In this document: in pieces, positions 20,419 through 30,727 of the stretch
Layout of the letters: every line of letters begins with the position of its first letter
Position numbering within the stretch: the stretch's first letter is position 1
Origin: Candidatus Eiseniibacteriota bacterium
GTDB taxonomy: Bacteria; Eisenbacteria; RBG-16-71-46; CAVPCR01
Assembly: GCA_963823555.1 (NCBI GenBank)
Contig: CAWGMA010000001.1
Span: 992,001-1,056,000 of the forward strand
DNA length: 64,000 bases
Reading direction: 5' to 3'
Translations under genes and position numbers: made by a program
The notes under the pieces: generated by a model
What the model was told of the DNA's origin: nothing
Databases searched by the model: none
What the model saw: the letters and a program-made list of their open reading frames with translations, nothing else

Positions 20419-21314
20419 AGGTGCTGAGGGGCGTGAAGGTGATGGCTGGATGGGGCCGGAGGCTTGTTCCTGGCCGCCCGGGAGGCCGTCGAGCCGAGCC
20501 GGGTCTTCTGATGGTCTTGATTCTCGCCCTCGCCCCCGCCGCCGGAGCCCAGACGCCCGGGGTGGAACCGGATCTCTCCCCCCCGGCGATCGCTGGTAAA
20601 CCAAGTGGGGGAGCGGTCCTCGGCGATCCGAGAGAACAGTTTTCGGCTGCCAACCGTCTGTACGAGGAGGGTCGCTTTGCCGAGGCTGCGGGCGCCTACC
20701 AGGCCATCGCCGCGGCCGGATATGCCTCGCCCGCCCTTTACTTCAATCTGGGCAATGCCTTCCTCAAGGCAGGGGAGCTCGGGGAAGCGATCGTCTATTA
20801 TGAGCGGGCCCGGGCCCTGGACCCCCGGGGCGAGGACATCCGCACCAACCTGGCCTACGCCAGGAGCCTGACGGTGGATGTGATGCCCGATGAGGGAGGA
20901 TCGGCCTTTCTCCTCGGCCTCGTCCGGATCCGGGACGCAGTGGCCCCCGAGGAGGCCTTGTGGGTCGCTGTGGCCGCCTTCTGGCTGACGGCCGGGGCCT
21001 TGATCCTGGGTCAGCTCCGGGGTTCCTGGCGCCGGGTGGCGCGGGGAGTGGCCCTCGGCGGTCTGGCTTTGCTCGTGCTCGCCGGCGGGCTCGCGGCCAT
21101 CCGGATCCATGCGGTCTCGGGGAACCCGCGGGCCTTCCTGATCGAGCCCGAGGTGCAGGTCCGGTCCGGTCCCGGTGCGCAGTTCTCGACGCGATTCACG
21201 CTCCACGAGGGGACCGGGGTCCAGGTCTTGCGCGAAGCGGGTGATTGGCTGGAGATCGAACTGACCGCGACGATGAACGGCTGGGTACCCAAGGGATCGC
21301 TGCTCGAGCTCTGA
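20415..21314 (+). CDS. batE: BatE (TPR + SH3-like domain)
   Basis: LYFNLGNAF..GEAIVYYERA TPR; VRSGPG..FTLHEGT..WLEI..GWV SH3b-like region. Confidence 0.9.
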   Translation: MKVLRGVKVMAGWGRRLVPGRPGGRRAEPGLLMVLILALAPAAGAQTPGVEPDLSPPAIAGKPSGGAVLGDPREQFSAANRLYEEGRFAEAAGAYQAIAAAGYASPALYFNLGNAFLKAGELGEAIVYYERARALDPRGEDIRTNLAYARSLTVDVMPDEGGSAFLLGLVRIRDAVAPEEALWVAVAAFWLTAGALILGQLRGSWRRVARGVALGGLALLVLAGGLAAIRIHAVSGNPRAFLIEPEVQVRSGPGAQFSTRFTLHEGTGVQVLREAGDWLEIELTATMNGWVPKGSLLEL

Positions 21315-21402
21315 TCCGGCTCACCACTCGATTCCCGCGGGCCCCACGACCGCCCCTGAGCAACCGGGGCAAGGGGAGTGCGCGCGACCCGGACGCCGGT
21401 TC

Positions 21403-23832
21403 GTGATCCGCGCGGTGCCAATGGACCTCGGGTACGTCCTCATCACCGTCAGCTTCGCCGTCGCCGCGGTGGCGTTCATGCTCGGTCTGGTGATCGTGCG
21501 TGAGGCGCCGCGCCAGCGGCTCAACTGGATCACCGCGGGCATGCTCGTCTGTGGTGGCGCCGGTGCCCTTCTCGGCGCGGTGGACTTCATCGCGGCCATG
21601 CGCGAGGTCAAGGTCCTGCGCGCCCAGGGCAGCCTCGTTCGCAACTTCGCCTTTCTCTGGGAGTTCTTCTTCCCGACTTTCCTCCTGTTCACTCTCTACT
21701 TCCCCACGCAACGGCGCATCGTGCGCCGGTTCCCTGGGATCAGCTGGCTGCTCTTCCTTCCTTACATCTTTCACTTCGTGCTCCTGCTCGCCGGCTCCGC
21801 AACCGGCGGCCGTTTCCGCTTCGAGGGCATCGCCGAGCGTGGGGGAGCGCTCGGGGCCGCGGCGGATTTCGTCGGGCTGGCGCTCTATCTCCTCTATCAG
21901 CTGAATGCCGCGCTCTTCCCCCTGGTGAACCTGGCCGCGATGCTGGGTGCTACCTGGCTACTATCCTCTTCCTATCGCACCACCGAGAATCCGCGCCTGC
22001 GGGTCCAGGTTCGTATCGTCCTGGGCGGGCTGGGAGGATGCCTGGCCCTGTATTCCGTCGCCGTCCTCTTGCCGGTCATGACCGGCATCGACTTGAACCC
22101 GGTGCTGCGCGCGACCCTGATCGTTGCCGGACTTGCTCTCGGCAGCCTGTCGATCGCCTACGCCATCGTCCGCTATCGCTTCCTCGATGTGCAGATGCTG
22201 GCCCGCCGCTCCATCCTCTACGGCGCGGCCACGGCCGTTGCTCTTGCGCTCTACATCATCGTGGTCCGGCAGCTGAACGTCGCCATCGCCGGCCTCATCG
22301 GCATCGAGGCCGACTACATCCAGACGGCGGTCCTCGTGGTCGCGCTCTTGCTCTTTCAGCCGCTAGTCGGCCGCCTCGAGGAACTCCTGGAACAGGTCAT
22401 GCTCGGGGATCGATCTGACTACCGGAACCTGCTGCGCGAGCTGTCACGCGATGTCTCGACCGTGCTCGATCTGGGTGAGCTCGGGAACAAGGTCGGGGCC
22501 ATGCTCGCCTCGAGCATGATGGTCGACTGCGGCTGCCTGTTCGTACGTTCCGCGCCGCCGGCGCCCCTGACGCACGTGGCTGGATTCGGTGGGCAGGAGG
22601 TGGACTCCACCCTCGTGCGCGTGCTCGAGGAGCGACTCGCCGAGGATCCCGAGAGCGAACTCGTCGACGTCGACGAGCTCCTGTCCGGCACCGGTCTCGT
22701 GCCTTCGGTGCCGCTGTTCCTTGTGCCGCTTCGCCATCGAGGCGAACTCCTGGGGATGCTCCTCCTCGGGCGGAAGGTGACGGGCACCGGCTTCAACGCC
22801 GAGGATCGTGCGCTCCTGGCCGCCCTCGGCGATCAGATCGGGGTCGCCATCAAGAACGCTCACCTCCATCGTGAGTCGGTGGTGAAGACCCTCCTCGAGG
22901 AGGAGCTCGGCTTCGCTCGCCATGTTCAGCGCAGCTTTCTTCCGGATCGGTTTCCACCGATGGCGCCGCTCGACGTCTGGGCCCGCAACGTGCCCTCCAA
23001 GTTCGTGAGCGGCGACTACTATGACGTGGTGCCCATCGGCGAGTCGGAAATCCTGATCGCGATCGGCGATGTCTCCGGCAAGGGGGTGCCGGCTGCTCTT
23101 CTCATGTCCATGCTTCGCGCGTCATTGCGCACGCAGGCCCGGGGCCCGATCTCCCTCTGCGACATCATGTGCAGCTTGAACCAGCTCATTCTCGAGTCGA
23201 CGAGCGACCGCGAGTTCGTGACCCTGTTCCTGGCCCGTGTCGATTGTCGTCACCTCCGTCTGCGCTACTCGAACGGAGGACACAATCCGCCCTTGCTCCG
23301 GCGCGGAGACGGTCGCGTGGAGCGGCTCGAGCGAGGCGGGCTCTTGCTCGGTGCGTTCGGTGGCGCGGAATTCGAGGAGGGCGAAGTCGATCTCAGCGGC
23401 GAGGATCTGCTGGTTCTCTACACGGACGGACTCACCGAGGCGGTCGACACGACGGGGGATATGTTCGGCGAGGAGCGCCTGGAAGCCGAGGTCAGGGCGC
23501 TCGACCCGCGCCAGTCCGCCCGCGAGTCGCTCCAGACGCTCGAGGAGGCGTGCCGGCGTTTCTCCAATGGGGCCGAGCTGGAGGATGATCTGACCGTGCT
23601 CGTGCTCCGGGTCGGGGCGGAGGGGGCCGGGGTGGAGGGAGCCGGGGTGGAGGAAGCCGGGGCGGTGGCGGTGAAGGCGGCGGTGGTGGGGGAGGGGGCC
23701 GGGGAGGGGAAGGCCATCCTCTCTCCGGCGTCGGTCCTGGACGCAGACGGGTCCCAGGCGCCAAGAGGAGCTCGTTCTGCGGTCCGGAGCGTCGGTCCTG
23801 GCGATGGCCCAAGCAGCGTTGCCCAGCCATGA
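21403..23832 (+). CDS. Membrane-bound SpoIIE/RsbU-type PP2C phosphatase with multi-TM sensor and GAF domain
   Basis: About 9-10 hydrophobic segments; GAF-like region; VSGDYYD, IGDVSGKGVPAALLM, LYTDGLTEA and DDLT motifs. Confidence 0.92.
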   Translation: MIRAVPMDLGYVLITVSFAVAAVAFMLGLVIVREAPRQRLNWITAGMLVCGGAGALLGAVDFIAAMREVKVLRAQGSLVRNFAFLWEFFFPTFLLFTLYFPTQRRIVRRFPGISWLLFLPYIFHFVLLLAGSATGGRFRFEGIAERGGALGAAADFVGLALYLLYQLNAALFPLVNLAAMLGATWLLSSSYRTTENPRLRVQVRIVLGGLGGCLALYSVAVLLPVMTGIDLNPVLRATLIVAGLALGSLSIAYAIVRYRFLDVQMLARRSILYGAATAVALALYIIVVRQLNVAIAGLIGIEADYIQTAVLVVALLLFQPLVGRLEELLEQVMLGDRSDYRNLLRELSRDVSTVLDLGELGNKVGAMLASSMMVDCGCLFVRSAPPAPLTHVAGFGGQEVDSTLVRVLEERLAEDPESELVDVDELLSGTGLVPSVPLFLVPLRHRGELLGMLLLGRKVTGTGFNAEDRALLAALGDQIGVAIKNAHLHRESVVKTLLEEELGFARHVQRSFLPDRFPPMAPLDVWARNVPSKFVSGDYYDVVPIGESEILIAIGDVSGKGVPAALLMSMLRASLRTQARGPISLCDIMCSLNQLILESTSDREFVTLFLARVDCRHLRLRYSNGGHNPPLLRRGDGRVERLERGGLLLGAFGGAEFEEGEVDLSGEDLLVLYTDGLTEAVDTTGDMFGEERLEAEVRALDPRQSARESLQTLEEACRRFSNGAELEDDLTVLVLRVGAEGAGVEGAGVEEAGAVAVKAAVVGEGAGEGKAILSPASVLDADGSQAPRGARSAVRSVGPGDGPSSVAQP

Positions 23833-23981
23833 AGCATGCGCTAAGCTCATCGGTCCGTCATGGTGGTCGGGGTGCGGATCCGGCGCTAGGCCGGCTCCGT
23901 CCGGACCACAATCGCGGCCTGCCAACATGGATCCTCCGTGGTCCATCGGCGCCTGCGAGTGCGAGCCGAGTGGGGGTATGC

Positions 23982-24317
23982 ATGAAGATCTCCCGAGCAG
24001 ACAAAGCCGATGTCGTGGTGCTCATGATCTCGGGGAAGCTCATGGGTGGGCCCGATGCCGATGCGTTCGACGAGCACATCAAGCTGATCCTGGGTGAAGG
24101 GCGGCGCAAGATCCTGGTCGACCTCGGGGACGTGTCGTGGATCAACTCCACCGGGCTCGGCATTCTCATCGCCGGCCATGCTCGGGCGGAGAAGGTTGGC
24201 GGCGAGATGAAGCTGTGCAAGGTCTCGCGGCGGGTGGAGAGCATTCTCATGGTGACTCGGCTCAACATGATCTTCGAGAGCTACGCCGACGAGGCACAGG
24301 CTCTGGCCAGTTTCTAG
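23982..24317 (+). CDS. STAS-domain anti-sigma factor antagonist (RsbV-like)
   Basis: VDLGDVSWINSTGLGIL phosphorylation-loop motif. Confidence 0.92.
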   Translation: MKISRADKADVVVLMISGKLMGGPDADAFDEHIKLILGEGRRKILVDLGDVSWINSTGLGILIAGHARAEKVGGEMKLCKVSRRVESILMVTRLNMIFESYADEAQALASF

Positions 24318-24755
24318 ATGCCCATGAGCGTTAAAATGACCGATCGGCCAGGCGGTGCGGTCGAGCTGGTGATCCCGGCCAAGCTCGAATATCTCGATCT
24401 CGTCGACAACGTCGTCGAGGCCGTCAACGAGCTCATGAGCTTCGATGAGGATGCCCGCACCGCCGTCTCGATCTCGGTGGTCGAGGCTGGTACCAACGCC
24501 ATCCAGCATGGTTGCGGTCAGAATGGCCAGAGTCGCATCCACATGCACTTCGAAGTCGAATCCGATACTCTCACCATCATCGTGCACGACCCCGGCCCGG
24601 GTTTCGATCCAGCCGGTGTTCCCGATCCAACCAGTCCGGAGAACCTGGTGCGTGAGCGCGGGCGCGGCATCTTCATCATGCGGCAGATGATGGACGAGGT
24701 CGATTTCAGTTTCGAACGGGGGACCACCGTGCGCCTGGTCAAGCGCCGCCGCTAG
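24318..24755 (+). CDS. Anti-sigma factor/Ser kinase (RsbW-like, HATPase_c_2)
   Basis: EAGTNAIQHG, DPGPGFD and GRGIFIMRQMMDEV motifs. Confidence 0.93.
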   Translation: MPMSVKMTDRPGGAVELVIPAKLEYLDLVDNVVEAVNELMSFDEDARTAVSISVVEAGTNAIQHGCGQNGQSRIHMHFEVESDTLTIIVHDPGPGFDPAGVPDPTSPENLVRERGRGIFIMRQMMDEVDFSFERGTTVRLVKRRR

Positions 24756-24767
24756 AGCGCATCCCGG

Positions 24768-24962
24768 GTGGCGGTTTCTCACGCCATGGACAGCCTGCAT
24801 CCGGCGCTCCTCGCCGTCCTCCTCCTCTTCGTCGTCTACGTCCTCACCCGCCCGCGGCGAAAGTCTCCCTCCGGGCGCCTGCCCCGCCGCTTCGCTCCCC
24901 CCTGGCGTCATCGCGAGACCAGGTCCGATCGGAGCTCGCGCCGGATCTCCTTCCGGCGCTAG
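24768..24962 (+). CDS. Small single-TM basic hypothetical protein
   Basis: Hydrophobic LLAVLLLFVVYVL followed by an Arg-rich tail, directly after the RsbW-like gene. Confidence 0.35.
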   Translation: MAVSHAMDSLHPALLAVLLLFVVYVLTRPRRKSPSGRLPRRFAPPWRHRETRSDRSSRRISFRR

Positions 24963-24992
24963 GTCGCCGCTCCCGCAACCGCCGAGCCGGGA

Positions 24993-25901
24993 CTAGGATC
25001 CCGCTGGCCGCTTCGGTCGAGCCACCCGCTTTCCCTGAGCGGTCTGACGCGGGGTGTCCTCGCGGCCGACGTGGATGAGATGGTGGCGGTCATCATCATC
25101 CAGTTTCCCGGAGAATCCGTAGCCGGATTGCTCCTTCTGGTGCCGGAGGGCAAGGCTCAGGGCGAACCCTCTCTCATTGGACACCGAGGCCGCCACATGG
25201 ACGCCGGGCAGGCACTCGCTCTCGATGCCATAGCGCAGCATGAAGTCATCGTGGCCGTCCTCGCGGAAATAACCCTCGGCCGCGAGATTGAGCCGGGGAC
25301 CGAGCACCGGGATGTTGATGCCGGGAGCGATGATCCGACCGAGCTTGCCCCCGACGTAGCGGGGTTCATTGAGGTGGAGGGCGCGGATGGCGAAGGAGAA
25401 GTACTTGTGCGGGCGCGTCGCAGCGGAGAAGCCGAAGGTGAAGGCGTTCGGGTCACCCGGGACGCTGTTGGCGAGGAGCGCCACGTCGCTCGCCATCACC
25501 CAGCGCCCCTTCTGAGCGTTGATGCCGATGGCATACATGTCCTCGCTGAAGGACGGTCCGTCACCCGCATGCTCGAGATGCCGGTACTCGAGCATGAAGC
25601 GCTTGGGCTGCCAGAGGATGAACCCGCCGGCGAAGCGACTGCCGTCGAGCTCCACGGCCACGAGGCTCCGGCTGTCGGGAATGAAGGCGGCAGCGGCGGG
25701 GAGCGTCAAGCCAGCTGCTGGACCATCGGCGGTGGCGAGGAAGCTGCCGCGCCCGACGGCGAACGGCATGCCGTCGATGGACCCCAGCTGGGCGCGGGCC
25801 GGCACGGGTGCGATGATGGCGGCGAGCAGAACGATGAGGGCCACGATCGGGCGGTGCCGTGGCATCCCTGCTCGGGGGGCGTGGGCAGGCGCTTGGCGCA
25901 T
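24993..25901 (-). CDS. Secreted hypothetical protein, probable outer-membrane beta-barrel
   Basis: RBS GGAGG before ATG 25901; signal peptide ending ARA; many amphipathic beta-strand-like segments (YGIESECLPGVHVAASV). Confidence 0.5.
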   Translation of the reverse strand: MRQAPAHAPRAGMPRHRPIVALIVLLAAIIAPVPARAQLGSIDGMPFAVGRGSFLATADGPAAGLTLPAAAAFIPDSRSLVAVELDGSRFAGGFILWQPKRFMLEYRHLEHAGDGPSFSEDMYAIGINAQKGRWVMASDVALLANSVPGDPNAFTFGFSAATRPHKYFSFAIRALHLNEPRYVGGKLGRIIAPGINIPVLGPRLNLAAEGYFREDGHDDFMLRYGIESECLPGVHVAASVSNERGFALSLALRHQKEQSGYGFSGKLDDDDRHHLIHVGREDTPRQTAQGKRVARPKRPAGS

Positions 25902-26040
25902 GGAATCCTCCGGGTGGCCTTCCGAACTGGCCGGCCGGGCGCTGGCTCGAGTCGCCGGGCCCCGGAGCGGGGACCGGTTTAGTAGACTATCGGCACTTTC
26001 CCCGGAGATCATGATGCCGATGTGGATTCGCCCTTCAGCT

Positions 26041-27165
26041 ATGCGGCTCGCCCTGGTCCTCTCGGTCCTCGCCGGCCTCGTCACGCTCCCGGCCGGTGCC
26101 CGGATGCTCCAGGTGACCGCGGGCGACCCTGGCGCCCTGGCCCAGGCTCTCTCCACAGCCAGAGCCCGCGATACGCTCCTCGTCGCTCCCGGGCGCTACC
26201 GAGGCGGGGTCACCATTCCCGATGGCGTGATCGTCATCGCAGTGGCCGGCCCCGACTCGACCGTGATCGACGGTGAGGGCAAGGGGCCTGTCGTTCTCTT
26301 CGAGCAGGTGAGCGGCGCGACGTTGCTCGAGGGATTCACGGTGACCGGAGGGCTTCTCTCCGGGGCCGAGGAAGATGGCGCTGGCGTGCTCTGTATCCGG
26401 GACGCGAGCCCCCGGCTCAATCACAATCGCATCGTCGGCAACCGGGCCCTCGGAGAGGATGCTCGCGGCGGCGGCATCGCCTGTCTCGACGGGTCGAATC
26501 CGGTGATCGCCAACAGCGTGATCAGGGACAACGAGTCCGCGATCGGGGGCGGCATCTACATCGGCAAGCGACGGGGTTGGGTATCGGCTCCGGTGGTGAG
26601 TGCCAATCGAATCCTCATGAACCGGGCCCGGCGCGAAGGCGGCGGCGTGGCTGTCACCCATGGCTCGGAGCCGGTCATCAGCATGAACGTGATCGCAGGC
26701 AACCGGGCTGGACGAGGAGGGGGAGGACTCAGCATCGATCGCGGCCAGCCCCGCATCGAGGAGAACGTTGTCTGGGGGAATGCCGACTCATCAGGGGTGG
26801 CGGCGGGGATTCTATTGATGAACTACGCGGCGCCGAGGGTCGAGCGCAACATCATCGCCAGGAACGAGGGTGGACCGGGCGTGAGTTGCGACGAGCAGCT
26901 CCAGGAGTGGCAGGAGTTCCGCTGCAACGATGTGTGGGGGCACGAGGGTGGGGATTTCGGATCAGGGTGCGCTGTGTATCCAGGAAATCTGAGCGCCGAT
27001 CCCAGGTTCTGCGACCCGGAGGGCGGGGATTTCCGGTTGCGTGCCGATTCGCCCTGCCTCGCCGCGCCCGGGTGCGAGCGGCTGGGCCCGTCCGGCCTCG
27101 GCTGTTCGGTCGAGGGCCTCGCGGAGCCCGGTGCATCCCGGGCCACTCCTGGCTCGAGACCATAG
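26041..27165 (+). CDS. Secreted right-handed parallel beta-helix repeat protein
   Basis: Signal peptide; DTLLVAPGRY, repeated GGGI..SxPxI..N.I..N units, and NLSADPRFC..LRADSPC. Confidence 0.85.
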   Translation: MRLALVLSVLAGLVTLPAGARMLQVTAGDPGALAQALSTARARDTLLVAPGRYRGGVTIPDGVIVIAVAGPDSTVIDGEGKGPVVLFEQVSGATLLEGFTVTGGLLSGAEEDGAGVLCIRDASPRLNHNRIVGNRALGEDARGGGIACLDGSNPVIANSVIRDNESAIGGGIYIGKRRGWVSAPVVSANRILMNRARREGGGVAVTHGSEPVISMNVIAGNRAGRGGGGLSIDRGQPRIEENVVWGNADSSGVAAGILLMNYAAPRVERNIIARNEGGPGVSCDEQLQEWQEFRCNDVWGHEGGDFGSGCAVYPGNLSADPRFCDPEGGDFRLRADSPCLAAPGCERLGPSGLGCSVEGLAEPGASRATPGSRP

Positions 27166-27189
27166 CGCCGCGGCCGAGCCGCGTGCTCG

Positions 27190-27521
27190 CGACTCGAGCG
27201 ACGTCCCATCATGCTCCGGAAGTCCTCCTCCTGCCAGACACCATCGACGAAGCGGTAGAACGTCACGCGGTATGACATCTCGGTCTCGGAGTACACGAGT
27301 TCCTCCGAGGCGCCGGCGCTGGCCCGCTTGGAGTAATGGGCGCGGCGCTCCAGGACGACCGGGCGCGATACCCGCTCGAGCCGCATCATCCCGCCCGGAC
27401 CCTCGAACTCGATCTTCTCGACTCGCCCGGGGCCTGGATCGAGCGGATGCTCGACGTCTCGAGTGACCTTGAACGTGTCCCGGATGCGTTCGGTCAGTTC
27501 AATCCAGCGCTCGTCGTTCAC
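27190..27521 (-). CDS. Small hypothetical protein (about 105-110 aa); 3' end uncertain
   Basis: RBS GGAGG before GTG 27521; protein-like sequence up to FRSMMG. The ORF then runs about 340 nt into the convergent gene (stop at 26823), suggesting a lost stop. Confidence 0.6.
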
Positions 27522-27607
27522 CGACAGGACCTCCTTTCCGGGTCAGCCCCGGTCGTGCCAACGACCACCCAGGCCATGGCGCAGGGCTCCTCCGGGCGCG
27601 AATCAAA

Positions 27608-27636
27608 TTGCCAAACCAGAAGGAAAATGGTACCTT
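27608..27636 (+). promoter_or_regulatory. Candidate extended -10 sigma70 promoter
   Basis: TTGCCA-N17-TACCTT with TGn immediately before the -10. Confidence 0.5.
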
Positions 27637-27907
27637 AGCTCTGCTTCCGGAGGGTCGATTGTGCCCCATTCGGTGGGGAGAGTCGAAGTCCTTTTGTACT
27701 CGCACGGCCGGTCCGGCAAGGGGTTTCATCCGGCGGCATCTTATTGAGGGCATGCCGCCGGTGTGAGTTCTTGGCGACGCACGACCTCGTGCTGGGGCGA
27801 CCGGGACCGGTTCGGACCTCCGGCTGTCCGGTTCACGAGCCAATCATCATCGTTTCGTCGCCTCGAGGAGCTTAAGCCATCCGGGATCCCGGTTCCGGTC
27901 GAGCTCT

Positions 27908-30500
27908 GTGCGACCCGTGACGACGTCCGCTGCCCGCAGCGCACGCTCCAGGTCCAACCGCCTGACGTGGCTGGCCACGGGACTGTGCTTGCTGGTCATC
28001 GGCGTCCCGCTCACGGTCAACGCGTTCGGCTCCGCCTACCGGGCCGGGTTCCAGGTCGTGGGCCTCGCTCTCGGCCTGCTCGTGATTTCAGACTCCCGGC
28101 TAGCTTCCCGCCTCCTCGCAGGGCGCCCACGAAGCGTGATGCTGCCGTTCGTTGCGTTGTGGGTCTACATGATGGCTCGTGTCTCCGTCACGCCCGATCT
28201 GCCGACGGCCACGGCCCAGGTTCTGGATCGCACCGTGTTCCTGGTGCTGATCGCCATTCTGGCGTCGGGGATGATCGGAGAGCGGAGGAGAATCGTCGTT
28301 CGCGCGGGACTTCTCGGCATGGCGGTCGTGGCCGCCTGGGGAATCCTGCAGCGATTCGGCATTCACCCATTTCTCGATCCATCGATCTGGGAGCCGAGCC
28401 GGCCCACCCGGCCTCTCGGCACGCACAACTTGATGGGGGTCTACCCGGCAGCCTGGTTGCCGGTGGCCTACGCCGTGGCGCTCCAGGCGTCGCCGCGGCG
28501 GAAGATGATCTGGGGAGCCGTGGCTCTGCTCGGACTCGCTTGTTTCCTGCTAAGCGAGTCGCGCGGAGCATGGCTGGCCATGATCATCGCCCTGGCCATC
28601 ATGCTGCCCTGGCTCCTCCGCGGCGGCGGCCGTCAGATCGCAGAGGTCGTGGGGCGCGACCGGAGGGGCGCGTGGATTCTCCTGGGAGCGACGGCCGCGG
28701 TGGCGATCGCTTGCGTGGGCTCGGTCGCCACGCGGCTGGGAACGCCCGAGCAGTCGGGACTGCTCGGGGAGTCGGTTTCAGATCCTGACGGCTCGGGCCC
28801 CGTGGATGCACTGGGGACCGGGCGACAGGGGGGAACCGTCTCGGAGGGGGGGAGCGCCGCCGGCTTCGGCCTCGGCGCTGACGAGTTTCGAGCGGCGCAA
28901 GCTGGTCGGGCAGACGGCCCTGACGCTCATTGGCGAGCGCCCGCTCATCGGTCATGGGACCGGGAGCTTTCGTCTCGCGTTCTACACGGCACGACCGCCG
29001 ATCATGCAGCGGCTAGAAGCCGAGACCGGCGAGACGGCCGTCCATGCGCATTCGGATCCGCTCGAGCTGACCGCTGAGCTCGGGCTGTTCGGGTTCATGC
29101 TTGCGGCCATCGGGTTCTTTGCCGCCGGACGGCGCGCGCTCGCAGCCATCGACCTGCGGCCAACCGCGGTGGATGGCGTCGCGAAGGTGGCGGCCGGTGA
29201 CTTCCTGGTTGCCGCGGGGATTGTGGCGGGCGGGCTGGCGCTCGGGCTGCATGCCTGCGTGGACTTCCCGCTCGTGGAGGTACCGACCGCGCTGGTGGGG
29301 GTCCTGTTCCTCGGGCTTGCGTCCGGAGAGCGGCCCCTCGGGCTCGGGAAGGTGAAGGACCCGGATCCCTCGCCGCCGGCTCATGCAGCGCCCGTGGCGC
29401 GGATGGCCGTGGCGGGAATCCTGGTTGTCGGGATCGCGGTTGCCTTGGCGATGGCCGCTGCGGATCGTGCCTACCATCGAGCCTATGCTGAGCTCGTACG
29501 GGGCGAGGTCGAGGCCAGCGAGAAGTGGCTCGAGCGGGCGATGCGCTGGGCTCCCGATCGAGCGCGGGACTGGGTGGCCTACGCGGAGGTAGCGCGTCAT
29601 CGGGCGCGGCTTTCAGGGTCGGCGGAAGCACGAACCCAGGAGTCCATGGTGGCGGCGGAACGGTTCACGAGCGCAGCGGAACTCGAGCCCCAGATCGGGG
29701 CGCGGTGGCAGCGTGCCGCCTTCGCACTCGATGAGGCGCGGCGTATGGGGGCAGCGGCGAGCGCGGATTCGGTGCAAGCGCTGGTCGAGCTGGCCCTGGC
29801 GCGCAATCCGTACTTGGGGCCGGCCCGCGCCCTCGAGGCGCGGCTGGCGCGCGAGGCGGGCGCTCTCGACCGGGCGGAGGTTGTGCTCGCCGCAGGCGAG
29901 GAGATGGTGCCCGGTCAGCCGGCACTCCTGCTCGAGCGGGGCCGCCTGAACGTGGCCACGGGCGACACCACGGGTGCGCTCAGCGCTTTCGCGCGCGCGG
30001 CACGCAGCGGCGATGCGGAACGAGCCGGAGCGGCGCTCGATGGGCTGGCTGGAGTGGCGCGCGGCGGCCATGTCGAGGTGGCGCGCGAGGCGGAGGCGAT
30101 TTTGGAAGGCCTGGCGGTGGACGATGGGCTTGCAGCCTCGGTTCGTGGTGGCGCCGCCAGGGTGCGCGGTGATCTGGCCGCGGCTCGGGGCGATCGCGAG
30201 CTGGCGCGCAGGATGTACCTAGAGGCCACGACGGCGGGAGGAGCACGTCCCGAGGCGGAGCTGGGGCTTGGCAACCTGGCCTATGCCGAGGGCCGGCTCG
30301 ACGAGGCGGAACGTCACTATCGTTCGGCGCTGGCCGGCCGGCCCGACATGGCCGAAGGCTGGCAGAACTTGGGTAGCGTGGCCATGGCCCGGCGCGACAC
30401 CGCGCTGGCGCTCAGGCTCTACCGGCGGGCCATCGGGCTCGCACCGGGCAATGCGCAACTAGAGGGCTACATTGAAGAGATTTCGGGCCGGCACCAGTGA
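27908..30500 (+). CDS. O-antigen ligase/O-oligosaccharyltransferase (Wzy_C) family protein with C-terminal TPRs, frameshifted near 28828-28852
   Basis: Frame 1 has LGTHNLMG and SESRGAWLA. Frame 2 has RPLIGHGTGSF, HAHSDPLELTAELGLFG, HACVDFP and TPRs. G6 and G7 tracts lie at the junction. Confidence 0.85.
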
Positions 30501-30727
30501 TGTGCGTGCCGGTCCATCACTCATGGGTCGAGCTGGATCGTCCGGCTCGGTCCGCAGAACACCCGATCGGGCGTTGGAGCGCGATCATCTTGGTGGCTGA
30601 AGGAACAGCGGTTCGGGGAGACAAAGGGTCAAGGCGCGCCTGCGCGAGCGGGGCGACGTCGCGATGCGAGAGGCATCAAGAGGGCGCCGATGTGGTGCCA
30701 GATTTGCTCGCGAGGAGGAAGCATCTC

